A stretch of 42,766 bases of DNA from positions 6,358-49,123 of the forward strand of contig CAYUVB010000007.1 in assembly GCA_964448055.1 (NCBI GenBank), in the 5' to 3' direction. The translations under genes and the position numbers were made by a program. Source of the stretch: an uncultured Desulfurococcales archaeon (GTDB lineage Archaea > Thermoproteota > Thermoprotei_A > Sulfolobales > WANQ01). Under the pieces are notes generated by a model, which ran no database searches, was not told where the DNA came from, and worked only from the letters and a program-made list of their open reading frames with translations. How positions within the stretch are numbered: position 1 is the first letter of the stretch; each line of letters starts with the position of its first letter. Below are positions 8,465 to 18,206 of the stretch, piece by piece.

Positions 8465-9845
8465 ATGGGAATACTTAGATTAGCCTTATATGATGTAAAA
8501 ATGTTGTTAAGATCCAAGGACATACTATTCTGGACCATAGCGTGGCCAATAATATGGATGCTCATGGCAGCATTTATCTTCGTACCACCTACCCCAGGAC
8601 CAGTAACTCTATCCATAACATTAATAGACATGGACAATGGCTTCTCGGTCGAAGGACTAGCTAAACTAGGAATACCAGTTAATAATACAAGTATAAGTAA
8701 AGATGTAGGTAGTAAAGAGTCATCACTAATAATACCGCTAAACTTTACTGAGAAGCTTATTAAAGCATTAGAAGATTACGCTAAGGAAAAGAACATAAAA
8801 CTAAAATTAAATGTACTTAAGATCACAAGCGACAATGTAACAGAACACATCAGTAAAGGTAAAGAGTTCATTGAAGAAAAAGATGTTGATTTAGTCATAG
8901 TTATCCCACCTAACGCGAGTGAATGCTATACTATATGGGCCCCAGTACAATTAGGCATCCTGGTTAAGGCAAGTAGCCCTACAGAGGAATACATGAATAT
9001 TGGTACTATCCTACAGCCAATAGTAAACATGAGCACAACTACATCATTATATAGAATTAATAAAACATTAGAATACATAGAAGAATACTTTGAATCAATA
9101 GAAGGAGTTCAAGTAAAATTCGTAATGTACGGATTATATGGAATAGCGTTTCCCCTAGTACCCCAAATAGAAACCGTGAAGCCCAAGACCGTAGAAGATA
9201 GATCTGGCATACTTGGTTGGTACGCCATTGGTGCATTAGGCTATATAGCCATGTTATCATCGATGACTACTGCAGCAGGCTTCTTCGTGTATAAGAAGGA
9301 GAGTGGAACACTAAGAAGATTAATGGCATCACCACTAAGACTTAGAACACTTATAGCCATAGACCTTACATCAACACTAATATTTGAAGCTATATCAATG
9401 GTAATAGTAATATTAGCGGGACTAGCCTTAGGCGCAAGAATAATACTAGATAGATATTACAAATCCATTACACATACTAGCAATAGCAGTTATCGCTATA
9501 GCAGTGCTTTTCGCTTACGGCATGGGATTATTGATTGCACCATTCGCACGCTCAGCTAGAGGTGCTAGTGGTCTCGCAGTAGTGATATCACTTATACTAG
9601 TGTTTACCACTGGTATATGGTGGCCTCCCAAACAAATGCTAGTAGGACCACTAAGAGCATTTGCAGAAGTATTTCCACCATCAATAGCGTTTGACATCGT
9701 TAGAGACCTAGTAGTATGGCGGAGATCATTAGAATACATACTACCAAAACTAGCAACGATGGGCTATGGATGCATAATACTATTAGTAATAATAATAGCA
9801 CTATACTATAGAAGGCTTGAGAAGATAGCTTCTAAAATCATATAA
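8465..9845 (+). pseudogene. ABC-2 type exporter permease, disrupted by a 1-nt frameshift near 9450-9455
   Basis: The first part reads through ...GLALGARIILD and then becomes nonsense (RYYKSITHTSNSS...). The hydrophobic continuation ITNPLHILAIAVIAIAVLFAYGMGLLIAPF... is open in another frame from 9450. The gene starts 3 nt after the ATPase gene. Confidence 0.75.
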
Positions 9846-9865
9846 TTGGGAGTACATCCCAACGC

Positions 9866-10273
9866 CTATGTAATGACAATAGTTTTTACACCAAGTCTTT
9901 CTGCTATTTCTGCTTGTCTTCTATCACTTGTAAGCAATTCACCGTACTTCAGTGCTTGTGCTATGTACAAAGCATCGTAGATAGTTATACTGTTTTCTAT
10001 AGCTATGTCGAAGGCTTTATCAATATATTTTTCCTGAGCCTCTAAAACTATAATTCCTTCATCTACTAGCCTCTTAAGTTGACTATAAATGGTTGATGCT
10101 GTAGTTTTAGATATATACCTACGTATAACTGTATGTTTCCATATAGCGTTTGAAACCTCCTTAACTAAATGATCAACAGAATACACAGGCTTTAACAAGT
10201 GCTTTTCAACTTCTTCCCAACCCTCCTCCCTTAACAAGTACTTTGCTAGTGCTGAAGAATCAATTACTATCAC
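9866..10273 (-). CDS. vapC: PIN-domain ribonuclease toxin VapC
   Basis: The 135-aa ORF has MIVIDSSAL at the N-terminus (first acidic residue), a DALYIAQAL segment and a C-terminal TSD motif. It overlaps the upstream antitoxin gene by 14 nt. Confidence 0.85.
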   Translation of the reverse strand: MIVIDSSALAKYLLREEGWEEVEKHLLKPVYSVDHLVKEVSNAIWKHTVIRRYISKTTASTIYSQLKRLVDEGIIVLEAQEKYIDKAFDIAIENSITIYDALYIAQALKYGELLTSDRRQAEIAERLGVKTIVIT

Positions 10274-10490
10274 GATCCTCCCTCACATACGATGTTATAG
10301 TACCTCTTGGTACCTCTGGAAGATTCTCAATAACCCTCCTTACCTCTCCTAGAACTTTCATCCTACGAGCTTCTTCTACACGCTTTTCAAGGAATCTCCT
10401 AATCTCTTCACTCCAATTAACATACTCCCTCAACATATCCATTTGCTCCTTAAGTTTACGAGGTATACGAACACTTATAACAACACTCAT
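10260..10490 (-). CDS. vapB: VapB-type antitoxin (RHH-like N-terminus)
   Basis: 76 aa, beginning SVRIPRKLKEQMDML. It sits immediately upstream of vapC and overlaps it. Confidence 0.7.
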   Translation of the reverse strand: MSVVISVRIPRKLKEQMDMLREYVNWSEEIRRFLEKRVEEARRMKVLGEVRRVIENLPEVPRGTITSYVREDRDSN

Positions 10491-10888
10491 AATACTATAC
10501 CAAATACTATTATTGTATTACTATCCCTAATAAAGTCTACGTAGTACTAGACAAATACATACGGGCTTTTGTATTACGGCAAGAACCTACTTTAAAGATA
10601 GCAAACAAAATATACCCGACGAATAATGGGCTGTCTGCAAACTACTATCAAGAGATCTACTAGAAAGCTATGGGTCTAGGCCCTAATAGTATTAAAGCTA
10701 GCAGAAAATTAAGTATAGAACTAGATAAGGCTCTAGAAATCATTCGTAGTAATCAATAATAACGTAGAGGGACACGTACCACGGTTATTATAAGACCTAT
10801 ATGGTTTGATTCACTTGGAGCTAAGTCATCATGTTTCATAATTGAGTACAATAATATACGTGTACTGGTCGATCCTGGAATAGCGGTA

Positions 10889-11848
10889 ATGCATCCATCA
10901 TATCCTGCTCCTAGGGAGGTTAAGCTTAGGCTTAGGGATGAAGGTTATAGGAAAATAAGAGAAGCGCTCAGTAAGGCGGATATCGTTATTATAACACATT
11001 ATCATTATGACCACTATCTGCATGAACAAGAGGATATAGCTCTGTACAAGGATAAGATCATCTTGGCAAAGGATCCTAACAAGTATATTAATGATTCACA
11101 GAGGAAGAGAGCTGAGAAATTCTATTCAATGCTTTATAGAGAATTAGGTCAGGAGCTAGAAGAAATACTCTTAGAACCTGAGGAAAGGGAGTATCCAGAT
11201 ACAATGGAGAAACTCAGAGAGGCCTTAAACAAGGACTATGGGGATTATACGCTTAGAAAAAAGCAGTTATTAGAGCAGGGTAGAAAATGGTTTATTAAGA
11301 GAGCTGAGAAGTGGAGAACATATAAAAGAATACCAGAACAATTCATAGGTAATACGAAAATACATTTCATCGACGGTAAAGTATTCGAGTACGGTACTAT
11401 AAGGTTAAGATTTACTGAGCCCTTATTCCATGGGATAGAGTATTCCAGAGTTGGATGGATAGTATCAATCATAATAGAAGTAGGAGGGAGAAAAATCTAC
11501 TATACATCTGATGTTAACGGCCCTATAATAGAAGATTATGCATCAATGATTATAGATGAAAACCCTGATATACTAATACTAGATGGTCCACCAACGTATT
11601 TATTGGGTTATACATTGAATCAAATAAATCTACGAAGAGCAGTAGAGAATGCTGTAAGAATACTAGAGGAAACCCCGAAACTAGAACTAGTATTCTATGA
11701 TCATCATCTAGTGAGGGAGCCTAGGTTTAAGGAAAGAACAATAGATGTATGGAAGACAGCGAAAAAGCAAGGTATAAATCTTATGACCGTTGCAGAGTAT
11801 ATGGGTATGAAACCAGTAGTACTTCAATACATTGAACAAAACTTGTAG
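10889..11848 (+). CDS. Archaeal MBL-fold metallo-hydrolase (UPF0282-like)
   Basis: The ITHYHYDH metal motif is present. The conserved N-terminal strand-loop (IIRPIWFDSLGAKSSCFIIEYNNIRVLVDPG) is encoded in frame upstream from about 10784, but no ATG, GTG or TTG occurs there (see findings). Confidence 0.7.
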   Translation: MHPSYPAPREVKLRLRDEGYRKIREALSKADIVIITHYHYDHYLHEQEDIALYKDKIILAKDPNKYINDSQRKRAEKFYSMLYRELGQELEEILLEPEEREYPDTMEKLREALNKDYGDYTLRKKQLLEQGRKWFIKRAEKWRTYKRIPEQFIGNTKIHFIDGKVFEYGTIRLRFTEPLFHGIEYSRVGWIVSIIIEVGGRKIYYTSDVNGPIIEDYASMIIDENPDILILDGPPTYLLGYTLNQINLRRAVENAVRILEETPKLELVFYDHHLVREPRFKERTIDVWKTAKKQGINLMTVAEYMGMKPVVLQYIEQNL

Positions 11849-11954
11849 AGTATTTTCTAAGTTTAGATCTGTTTGGCTATAAGGGTTAAAGAGGGAGGTA
11901 TAGGAAGAAAATTAAAAATAAAGAATATATTTAAAATAAAAATAGATTGTTATC

Positions 11955-13457
11955 TTACTTCCATTTTAGGAGTTTTGCTAGCTGTTCTTCTGGTTCGGTT
12001 GGTTTTGTTGCTAAGCTTACTATTACCATTACTATTAGTGATATTAGTGCACCGCTAACGTAGATTAGCTCCCAGTATGGGAAGTGTACTGCTCCTGTTA
12101 CACCTAGTATTGCTACTATTGAGCCTGCGATCATTCCTGCTAGTGCTCCTTCCTTGGTTGCACGTTTCCATAGTAGTCCTAGTACTACTGGTACGAATAC
12201 ACCTGCTGTGTAGATGTCGTATGAGTAGATTAGTAGTTCTATGATGCCCTTAACAGTTAAAGCCATTATTAGTGCTAGGACACCTACGACTACTGTTGTT
12301 ATAACTGATAGTTTTAGCATGTGCTTGTCTGTTGCTTGTGGATTGATGAATCTGTAGTAGAAGTCTCTTATGATGTGTGATGTAGCTGCTGTTAGTAAGG
12401 AGTCAGCGGTTGACATTACAGCTGCTAGTACTGCTGCAATGAATATTGCTCCAGCAGCTGGTCCTAGCATTACGAGTATGAGGTGTGGTATTGCTACTCT
12501 TGGTGAACTAATTACTTGTTCAGGTGTTGGACTTAGAGCAAGTGCTGCCATACCAGCAATTGGTGGTATGAACGCTATCAACATTAGGAATATACCTGAA
12601 GCAATAGCAGCCTTCATAGCTGTTTTCTCGTCCTTGGCAGCGAAAAGCCTCTGGTAGAAGTCTTGTCCAATTAACGTGTACATTACTGTTGCTACCAGTG
12701 TTAGTATTATAACGGATGCTCCAGGCGAAAATGCGTTCATGTAGTCGCCTGCTGGTTGAGGTAGCTGTATCCCCTGTGCTTGTAGCTCATTTAATTTCTC
12801 TAATATTCCTCCTATGCCTCCAGCAGCGCTTACAGCCATACCAGTTGCTATTATTACACCTATGCTACCAATAAGGATCTGTACAAAGTCTGTTAGCGTT
12901 ACTGCCCATAACCCTGAAAGCGCCGTATATATTATGAATATTAGTGTTGCTAGAATAGAACCCTGTAATCCAGGTAATCCCATGGCCTCAAATATGGCTC
13001 CTGCTGCCCATACTTGTGCTCCAATAATACCTACTAGCGCTAGTAATGATAGTAGGGCTGCTAACGCTTGTACAACACCAGAACGGAATCTCATATTGAG
13101 TATTTCTGGCACTGTGTATAATGCTAGAGCTCTCGATAGCTTAGCAAATGTTAAGCCAAGTATTAAGAGTCCTAGACCACATGCGAATCCGTACCAGAAG
13201 CCGCCAATACCATAGCTTACACCCCATGAACCACCACCTAGGACGAAGCCTCCACCGTAGTGAGTTGCAGCTAGTGTCGCTGCAGCAAGAAGTACTCCGA
13301 GTCTTCTACCAGCTAATAGGAAGTCAGTCGTAGATTTAATGTATCTAGAAGCATATGCTCCGATTGCCAACATTGCTATCATGTAGGCTATAACAGTATA
13401 CCATACTATCTCGATACCTTCTCCCACGTAGAACACACCTCTAAGTGTAATACCCAT
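11955..13457 (-). CDS. Sodium:solute symporter family (SSF) transporter
   Basis: 500 aa with about 13 predicted hydrophobic spans. The N-terminal STTDFLLAGRRLG motif is typical of SSF/PutP/PanF-type permeases. Confidence 0.85.
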   Translation of the reverse strand: MGITLRGVFYVGEGIEIVWYTVIAYMIAMLAIGAYASRYIKSTTDFLLAGRRLGVLLAAATLAATHYGGGFVLGGGSWGVSYGIGGFWYGFACGLGLLILGLTFAKLSRALALYTVPEILNMRFRSGVVQALAALLSLLALVGIIGAQVWAAGAIFEAMGLPGLQGSILATLIFIIYTALSGLWAVTLTDFVQILIGSIGVIIATGMAVSAAGGIGGILEKLNELQAQGIQLPQPAGDYMNAFSPGASVIILTLVATVMYTLIGQDFYQRLFAAKDEKTAMKAAIASGIFLMLIAFIPPIAGMAALALSPTPEQVISSPRVAIPHLILVMLGPAAGAIFIAAVLAAVMSTADSLLTAATSHIIRDFYYRFINPQATDKHMLKLSVITTVVVGVLALIMALTVKGIIELLIYSYDIYTAGVFVPVVLGLLWKRATKEGALAGMIAGSIVAILGVTGAVHFPYWELIYVSGALISLIVMVIVSLATKPTEPEEQLAKLLKWK

Positions 13458-13802
13458 TTGTTTAGATAAAAATCTTACCTATTAGGCTACATAATGCATA
13501 CTTATTAAGATAATTAGCTTCTAACACTAATATACTAATTTACATCTAGTATTAGCTTACCATAAATATTTTAAGCTTTCAAAAGAAGTTATATCGAGCT
13601 AAAAATACCGCTTAAAAAGCAATAAGTTTACACGATAATATTAACGATGAAAATAGTTATTAGTAGTATCTAAATAATAGAACCTTACTAAAGAATTATT
13701 TCACTTGTGAACTTGACACAATAATAGATTAACCTAGGCTGAAAATATTATTTGCTCCAACGATATACAGATAATGTAGCTAGACCTTTCTGGTGTAGCT
13801 TC

Positions 13803-14342
13803 ATGAGTAACGTATTACCAGAAAAAGCTAAGATACTACTTGAAGTTATACGTGGACGTAGAAGTATTCGTGATTTTGTAGACAAAGAGATACCAGATAA
13901 TCAATTAAAGCTTATAGTTGAAGCTGGTCTATGGGCTCCAAGTGGAAGTAACCTCCAGCCAAGAGAATATATTCTAGTTAAAGACAAGCACCTCCTAAGG
14001 GCAATCAAACTTGTTTCACCAGGTTTATATGGTAATCCTTCAGCCCTACTAGTGCTATGCTATAATAAGGATATTGCTAAGAAAGGTGGTAGATTAGGAG
14101 AGACCATGGCGTTATTTGATGTAGCTTTATCTGCGCAAAACATAATGTTGATGGCTTATGCTCTTGGTATTGGCTCTTGCCCAATACTATCTTTTAATAA
14201 AACCGCCGTAAAAGAAATACTGGATATACCCGAACACGTAGAGCCTGTTCTCATGATAAGCTTAGGTTACCCCAAAACTTGGCCTAAACCGCCCAAGAGA
14301 AAAAGTGTTGAAGAGGTGCTCCACGTCAATGGGTACAAATAA
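13803..14342 (+). CDS. Nitroreductase-family FMN oxidoreductase
   Basis: RRSIRDF and APSGSNLQPREY motifs are present. The ORF is open from TTG 13752, but ATG 13803 (MSNVLPEK) fits family length better. Confidence 0.8.
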   Translation: MSNVLPEKAKILLEVIRGRRSIRDFVDKEIPDNQLKLIVEAGLWAPSGSNLQPREYILVKDKHLLRAIKLVSPGLYGNPSALLVLCYNKDIAKKGGRLGETMALFDVALSAQNIMLMAYALGIGSCPILSFNKTAVKEILDIPEHVEPVLMISLGYPKTWPKPPKRKSVEEVLHVNGYK

Positions 14343-14649
14343 GAACCTATTATGGGATTCTTACTTCGAGCTACTATCATTTCTCATAACTAGTGCTAGA
14401 GGATTAATAGATGAACCACAAATATATGGTCCATTAAGATTACTAGATGCAGCTGCAAAACTAATTAATATAATGGAGAAAGAGGGAAGACTAACAGATG
14501 AGTTAAGGGAAATAAGACAACTAATACTCGAGAAATCAGACCTAGTAATACGTGATGAGAAAGCATTCATAGAATTCTTAGATGAGCTATCACTAAAGTT
14601 AGCAAGGATAATAAAGAATAATCTACCTAGTTCTAAAGAGGTGAAATAG
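14329..14649 (+). CDS. Small conserved-looking helical protein of unknown function
   Basis: About 106 aa from ATG 14329; the ORF is open from 14305. It overlaps the nitroreductase stop and ends 3 nt before the formamidase gene, which suggests one operon. I recognised no motif securely. Confidence 0.5.
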   Translation: MGTNKNLLWDSYFELLSFLITSARGLIDEPQIYGPLRLLDAAAKLINIMEKEGRLTDELREIRQLILEKSDLVIRDEKAFIEFLDELSLKLARIIKNNLPSSKEVK

Positions 14650-14652
14650 CTC

Positions 14653-15567
14653 ATGGTAGCACGTGTTAGTAGTAATAATGTATTCTACTCCTTTAGTCCT
14701 GAAGTCGTGCCAGCTATAATAGTTGATGCTGGAAGCATAGTTGAAGTTGAAACACTCGATTGCTTCTCCAATCAAATAGTATCAGAGAACCAGCTTGTAA
14801 CGGAAATAGATTTCTCCAAGGTTAATCCTGCTACAGGACCAATATATGTTAAGAATGCTAAAAGAGGTGATGCTTTAAAGGTTAAGGTTCTGGATATAAA
14901 AGTCAATGACCGTGGAATAATAGTATCTATTCCGAGAGCAGGTGTGCTAGGAGATAAAGTAAGCAGAGCTAAGACTAAATTCTGTTATATAAAGGACGGC
15001 TACGTATACTTCAATAACATCAAGATTAAAGCTAAGCCTATGATAGGCGTTATAGGCGTAGCACCAGATAAGCCTGCTCCAACAGGTACACCTGGGAGAC
15101 ATGGGGGAAACCTTGATACAAAGCTCATAACCATTGGTTCAACCATATACCTACCAGTATATCGTGAAGGAGGATTACTAGGAATAGGTGATCTCCATGC
15201 AGTTATAGGTGATGGGGAAATATGTGTTGCAGCATGTGAGGTTTCAGGAAGAGTTCTCATAGAAGTAGATATTGTTAAGGATCTTGCACCTAAATGGCCT
15301 ATAGTCGAGACAGATGAAGCATACTATATCTTGGTGTCAAGAGAAGATTTATGGGAAGCGTTTAGTGAGGCAACAGATTTAGCAGTAAAAGCATTAGCTC
15401 ATAGCAACTCCTTGGAGTGGGAAGATGCTTACATGCTCGCAAGTATGGTGGTAGATATACAAGTTAGCCAGCTAGTAAATCCACTAAAAACTGTTAGAGC
15501 AAGAATACCTAAGGACTATATAAGCCTAGAAAAACTATTAGAAGCTGTTAAGGCGGAGGACCTCTAG
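14653..15567 (+). CDS. Acetamidase/formamidase family amidohydrolase
   Basis: 304 aa. NPATGPIYV, GGNLDTK and GDLHAVIGDGEI segments are typical of the FmdA/AmdA family. Confidence 0.8.
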   Translation: MVARVSSNNVFYSFSPEVVPAIIVDAGSIVEVETLDCFSNQIVSENQLVTEIDFSKVNPATGPIYVKNAKRGDALKVKVLDIKVNDRGIIVSIPRAGVLGDKVSRAKTKFCYIKDGYVYFNNIKIKAKPMIGVIGVAPDKPAPTGTPGRHGGNLDTKLITIGSTIYLPVYREGGLLGIGDLHAVIGDGEICVAACEVSGRVLIEVDIVKDLAPKWPIVETDEAYYILVSREDLWEAFSEATDLAVKALAHSNSLEWEDAYMLASMVVDIQVSQLVNPLKTVRARIPKDYISLEKLLEAVKAEDL

Positions 15568-15745
15568 CTAAGCTTTCTAGTACTAGGCTTCTTATATGGT
15601 GTATCAGGGTAAACCTGTGTTTTAACTTGTTTAACTGTTTCTTTATCCACATACACCCATACGATGGATTATATTCTCTCCCCACGCTATCCTTCCATAC
15701 AACTATTATCTGATTAGTCCTCTTATCTTTGTCAACCTCTATCAA
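15548..15745 (-). CDS. Possible small protein (65 aa) of unknown function
   Basis: This is the only ORF in a 360-nt gap, and its N-terminal half has ordinary composition. The 3' end overlaps the convergent formamidase gene. The support is weak. Confidence 0.2.
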   Translation of the reverse strand: MIEVDKDKRTNQIIVVWKDSVGREYNPSYGCMWIKKQLNKLKHRFTLIHHIRSLVLESLARGPPP

Positions 15746-15930
15746 TGGTTTTTAATCTTATCTATGAAGCGTTTAACCTTAGATATATAAGATATATACT
15801 TCCACAAAGCTATACAAGGGTAAGAGGTTTAACCCACCTATATGATAATTACAACTCTTTTTTATACCTATAAATGAATACTACAATTTTTATACCCATA
15901 TATAACCGAGTTTCTTCTTAGGTATTAGAA

Positions 15931-16683
15931 TTGCTAACAATGGTGCTTATAGGAACTGGTGGTTCAGAAGGCATACCGGTTCATGGATGTAATTGCCCTG
16001 TATGTACTGAGGCTAGACTCTATAAATTCCTTAAAAGAAGTACCTCTTCAATGCTAATAACAAATTATGGTACAACTATTACCATTGATATGAGTCTTGA
16101 AACTTCCAGCTTTGTAGAGGATCTTTACGTAGATGCTGTTTTAGTTACACATTGGCATCACGACCATATAGCCGGGTTATATAAGTTTAGATGGGGTGGT
16201 AATCCCATAGACTTATTCGCTCCGAAAGGTAATGCTGATGAAGAAATAATACGTTATCCTGGTAGTATGAGGGTGCATTTCGTTAAACCTCTTGAAACAA
16301 TACACGTTGGTGATTTCACTATAACACCTTTTAAACTAAACCATACAGTTGAAACTATGGGCTATTATATAAAACTGGGACACAACTCTATTGCTATAAT
16401 ATATGATACCAAGGGCCTACCAAGTGAAACTGAAGAATTTCTTAAGAAAAACCATGTACGTATAGCATTTATTGATGCTACATATGGTCCAGGTACTGTA
16501 AGCGAAAAACACAACAATATAGATGAGGCAGTCGAGATAGGTATGTCCATAAAAGCTGAGAAAATAGTCCTAATCCATATATCACACAATAACTTACCTT
16601 ACAGTAAGTTAGTAAAATATGTTAACAGAAGATGGAATAATGTGCTAGTATCACATGATGGCATGGTTATAAATCTTGTATAA
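15931..16683 (+). CDS. MBL-fold metallo-hydrolase, PhnP/PqqB-like
   Basis: It has GTGGSEGIP, a CNCPVC zinc knuckle and THWHHDH. The start is probably ATG 15940. Confidence 0.7.
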   Translation: MLTMVLIGTGGSEGIPVHGCNCPVCTEARLYKFLKRSTSSMLITNYGTTITIDMSLETSSFVEDLYVDAVLVTHWHHDHIAGLYKFRWGGNPIDLFAPKGNADEEIIRYPGSMRVHFVKPLETIHVGDFTITPFKLNHTVETMGYYIKLGHNSIAIIYDTKGLPSETEEFLKKNHVRIAFIDATYGPGTVSEKHNNIDEAVEIGMSIKAEKIVLIHISHNNLPYSKLVKYVNRRWNNVLVSHDGMVINLV

Positions 16684-16793
16684 AATATCATGACTATTCT
16701 ACACATAATTGTTAAAACATTATTCTAAAATATTAAGTCTGAATGGATAGCAGTTACATATGTAGTTTTTATGCATAGAGGTTAATAGTAGTA

Positions 16794-18203
16794 GTGGGTA
16801 CAAAGTTGACGTATATAGATGTAGATAAAATTATAAATGAAGCACTGAGACGTGGAGTTAATTATATAGATGTTAGATACCAGGAATATCGTTATGAGAG
16901 ATTAGTAGTTGAAAATAAGGTACTGAAGACGTATACAAGCAATATCAATCATGGAGTAGGTATTAGGGTCTTAGTAAATGGTTATCAAGGTTATGCTTCT
17001 ACTAGTAATCTCTCATGGACAAGTATTATAGAGTCTCTGGAAAAGGCTATATCTCTTGCAAGAATTTCTAAGGATATAGGAGTAAGAATTGATTTAGAGA
17101 ATATAGGTACAGTAAGGGATAAAATAGTCTCACCTTTTAGGAAAGATCCATTCGATGTAGACCCTGATGCTAAAGCTAAACTATTACTAGATTTAAATAA
17201 ACAAGCATTAGAGACTAATGGTGTGAAATCAGCCATAACTATGATGGGGCTACAACGTGACCATAGGATATATGCTTCAAGTAATGGATCGTACATCGAT
17301 GTTACAGTTAGACTTGTAGGTATATATCATCAAAGTATTGCCGGTGAAGCTGGAAGTATGGAAAGAGTTATGGATTCACGTTCACGTGTAGCTGGCTATG
17401 AGTTTATAGAAGAATATGACTGGACTCAAATGATATCTAGGATATCCAGCCTAGCCATTAAGGCTTCTAAAGCTCCTACGCCTCCGGCAGGATCATATAC
17501 TGTCGTCCTAGCACCTGAGGTGGTAGGCCTTCTACTTCATGAGGCTTTTGGACATGCAAGTGAGGGTGATACAGTTGATGCTGGTGCAAGTGTATTAGCT
17601 GGAAAGCTTGGAGAGAAAGTAGCAAGCGAATACGTGACAATAATTGATGAAGGAATAGTTGAAGGAGGCTACTATCACCCATACGATGATGAAGGTGTTA
17701 GGAAGAGAAAAACAATAGTAGTAGAAAACGGTGTTTTAAAGAACTATTTAACTTCAAGGCATATTGCTAAAAGATTAGGCCTAGAGCCTACAGGTAATGG
17801 GCGAGCACAGGACTATACACACATACCTATAGTTAGGCAAACAAACTATTACATAGAACCAAGAGATTATGGCTTCGAGGAAATACTAGAAGACGTTGAT
17901 AAAGGACTATACGTTACTGGTAAGGGAGCTACAGGAGGACAAGTAAATCCAGGTACAGGCACGTTTACATTTGGTGTAGGAGTATCATGGATTATAGAGA
18001 AGGGTGAGCTAAAAGAAATTGTTAGAGGAGTAACACTTAGTGGTATGATATTAGAAACTCTTAAACAAGTAGATGCTGTAGGCAAAGACTTAGAGATGAG
18101 AACAAGTGTTTTTGGAGGATGCGGTAAACAGGGTCAAATGGTTCGTGTAGGGTTCGGAGGACCCCATATAAGGGTTAAAAAGATAGTTGTTGGGGGAAGA
18201 TAG
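16794..18203 (+). CDS. tldD: TldD-family zinc metalloprotease
   Basis: 469 aa with the HEAFGHASEGD (HExxxH) motif and a Gly-rich C-terminal domain. It is paired with a PmbA-like gene. Confidence 0.85.
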   Translation: MGTKLTYIDVDKIINEALRRGVNYIDVRYQEYRYERLVVENKVLKTYTSNINHGVGIRVLVNGYQGYASTSNLSWTSIIESLEKAISLARISKDIGVRIDLENIGTVRDKIVSPFRKDPFDVDPDAKAKLLLDLNKQALETNGVKSAITMMGLQRDHRIYASSNGSYIDVTVRLVGIYHQSIAGEAGSMERVMDSRSRVAGYEFIEEYDWTQMISRISSLAIKASKAPTPPAGSYTVVLAPEVVGLLLHEAFGHASEGDTVDAGASVLAGKLGEKVASEYVTIIDEGIVEGGYYHPYDDEGVRKRKTIVVENGVLKNYLTSRHIAKRLGLEPTGNGRAQDYTHIPIVRQTNYYIEPRDYGFEEILEDVDKGLYVTGKGATGGQVNPGTGTFTFGVGVSWIIEKGELKEIVRGVTLSGMILETLKQVDAVGKDLEMRTSVFGGCGKQGQMVRVGFGGPHIRVKKIVVGGR

Positions 18204-18206
18204 TCT

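Noticed and set aside
10670-10762. A 29-codon ORF (MGLGPNSIK...) in frame with the MBL gene as its true N-terminus via read-through
   Set aside because: It is separated from the MBL frame by two consecutive TAA codons, and its peptide does not resemble the family N-terminus.
12370-13333. Plus-strand ORFs antisense to the SSF transporter, and similar antisense ORFs within the SBP, KaiC-like, tldD and pmbA genes
   Set aside because: They lie entirely inside well-supported genes on the opposite strand, have biased composition and carry no motifs.
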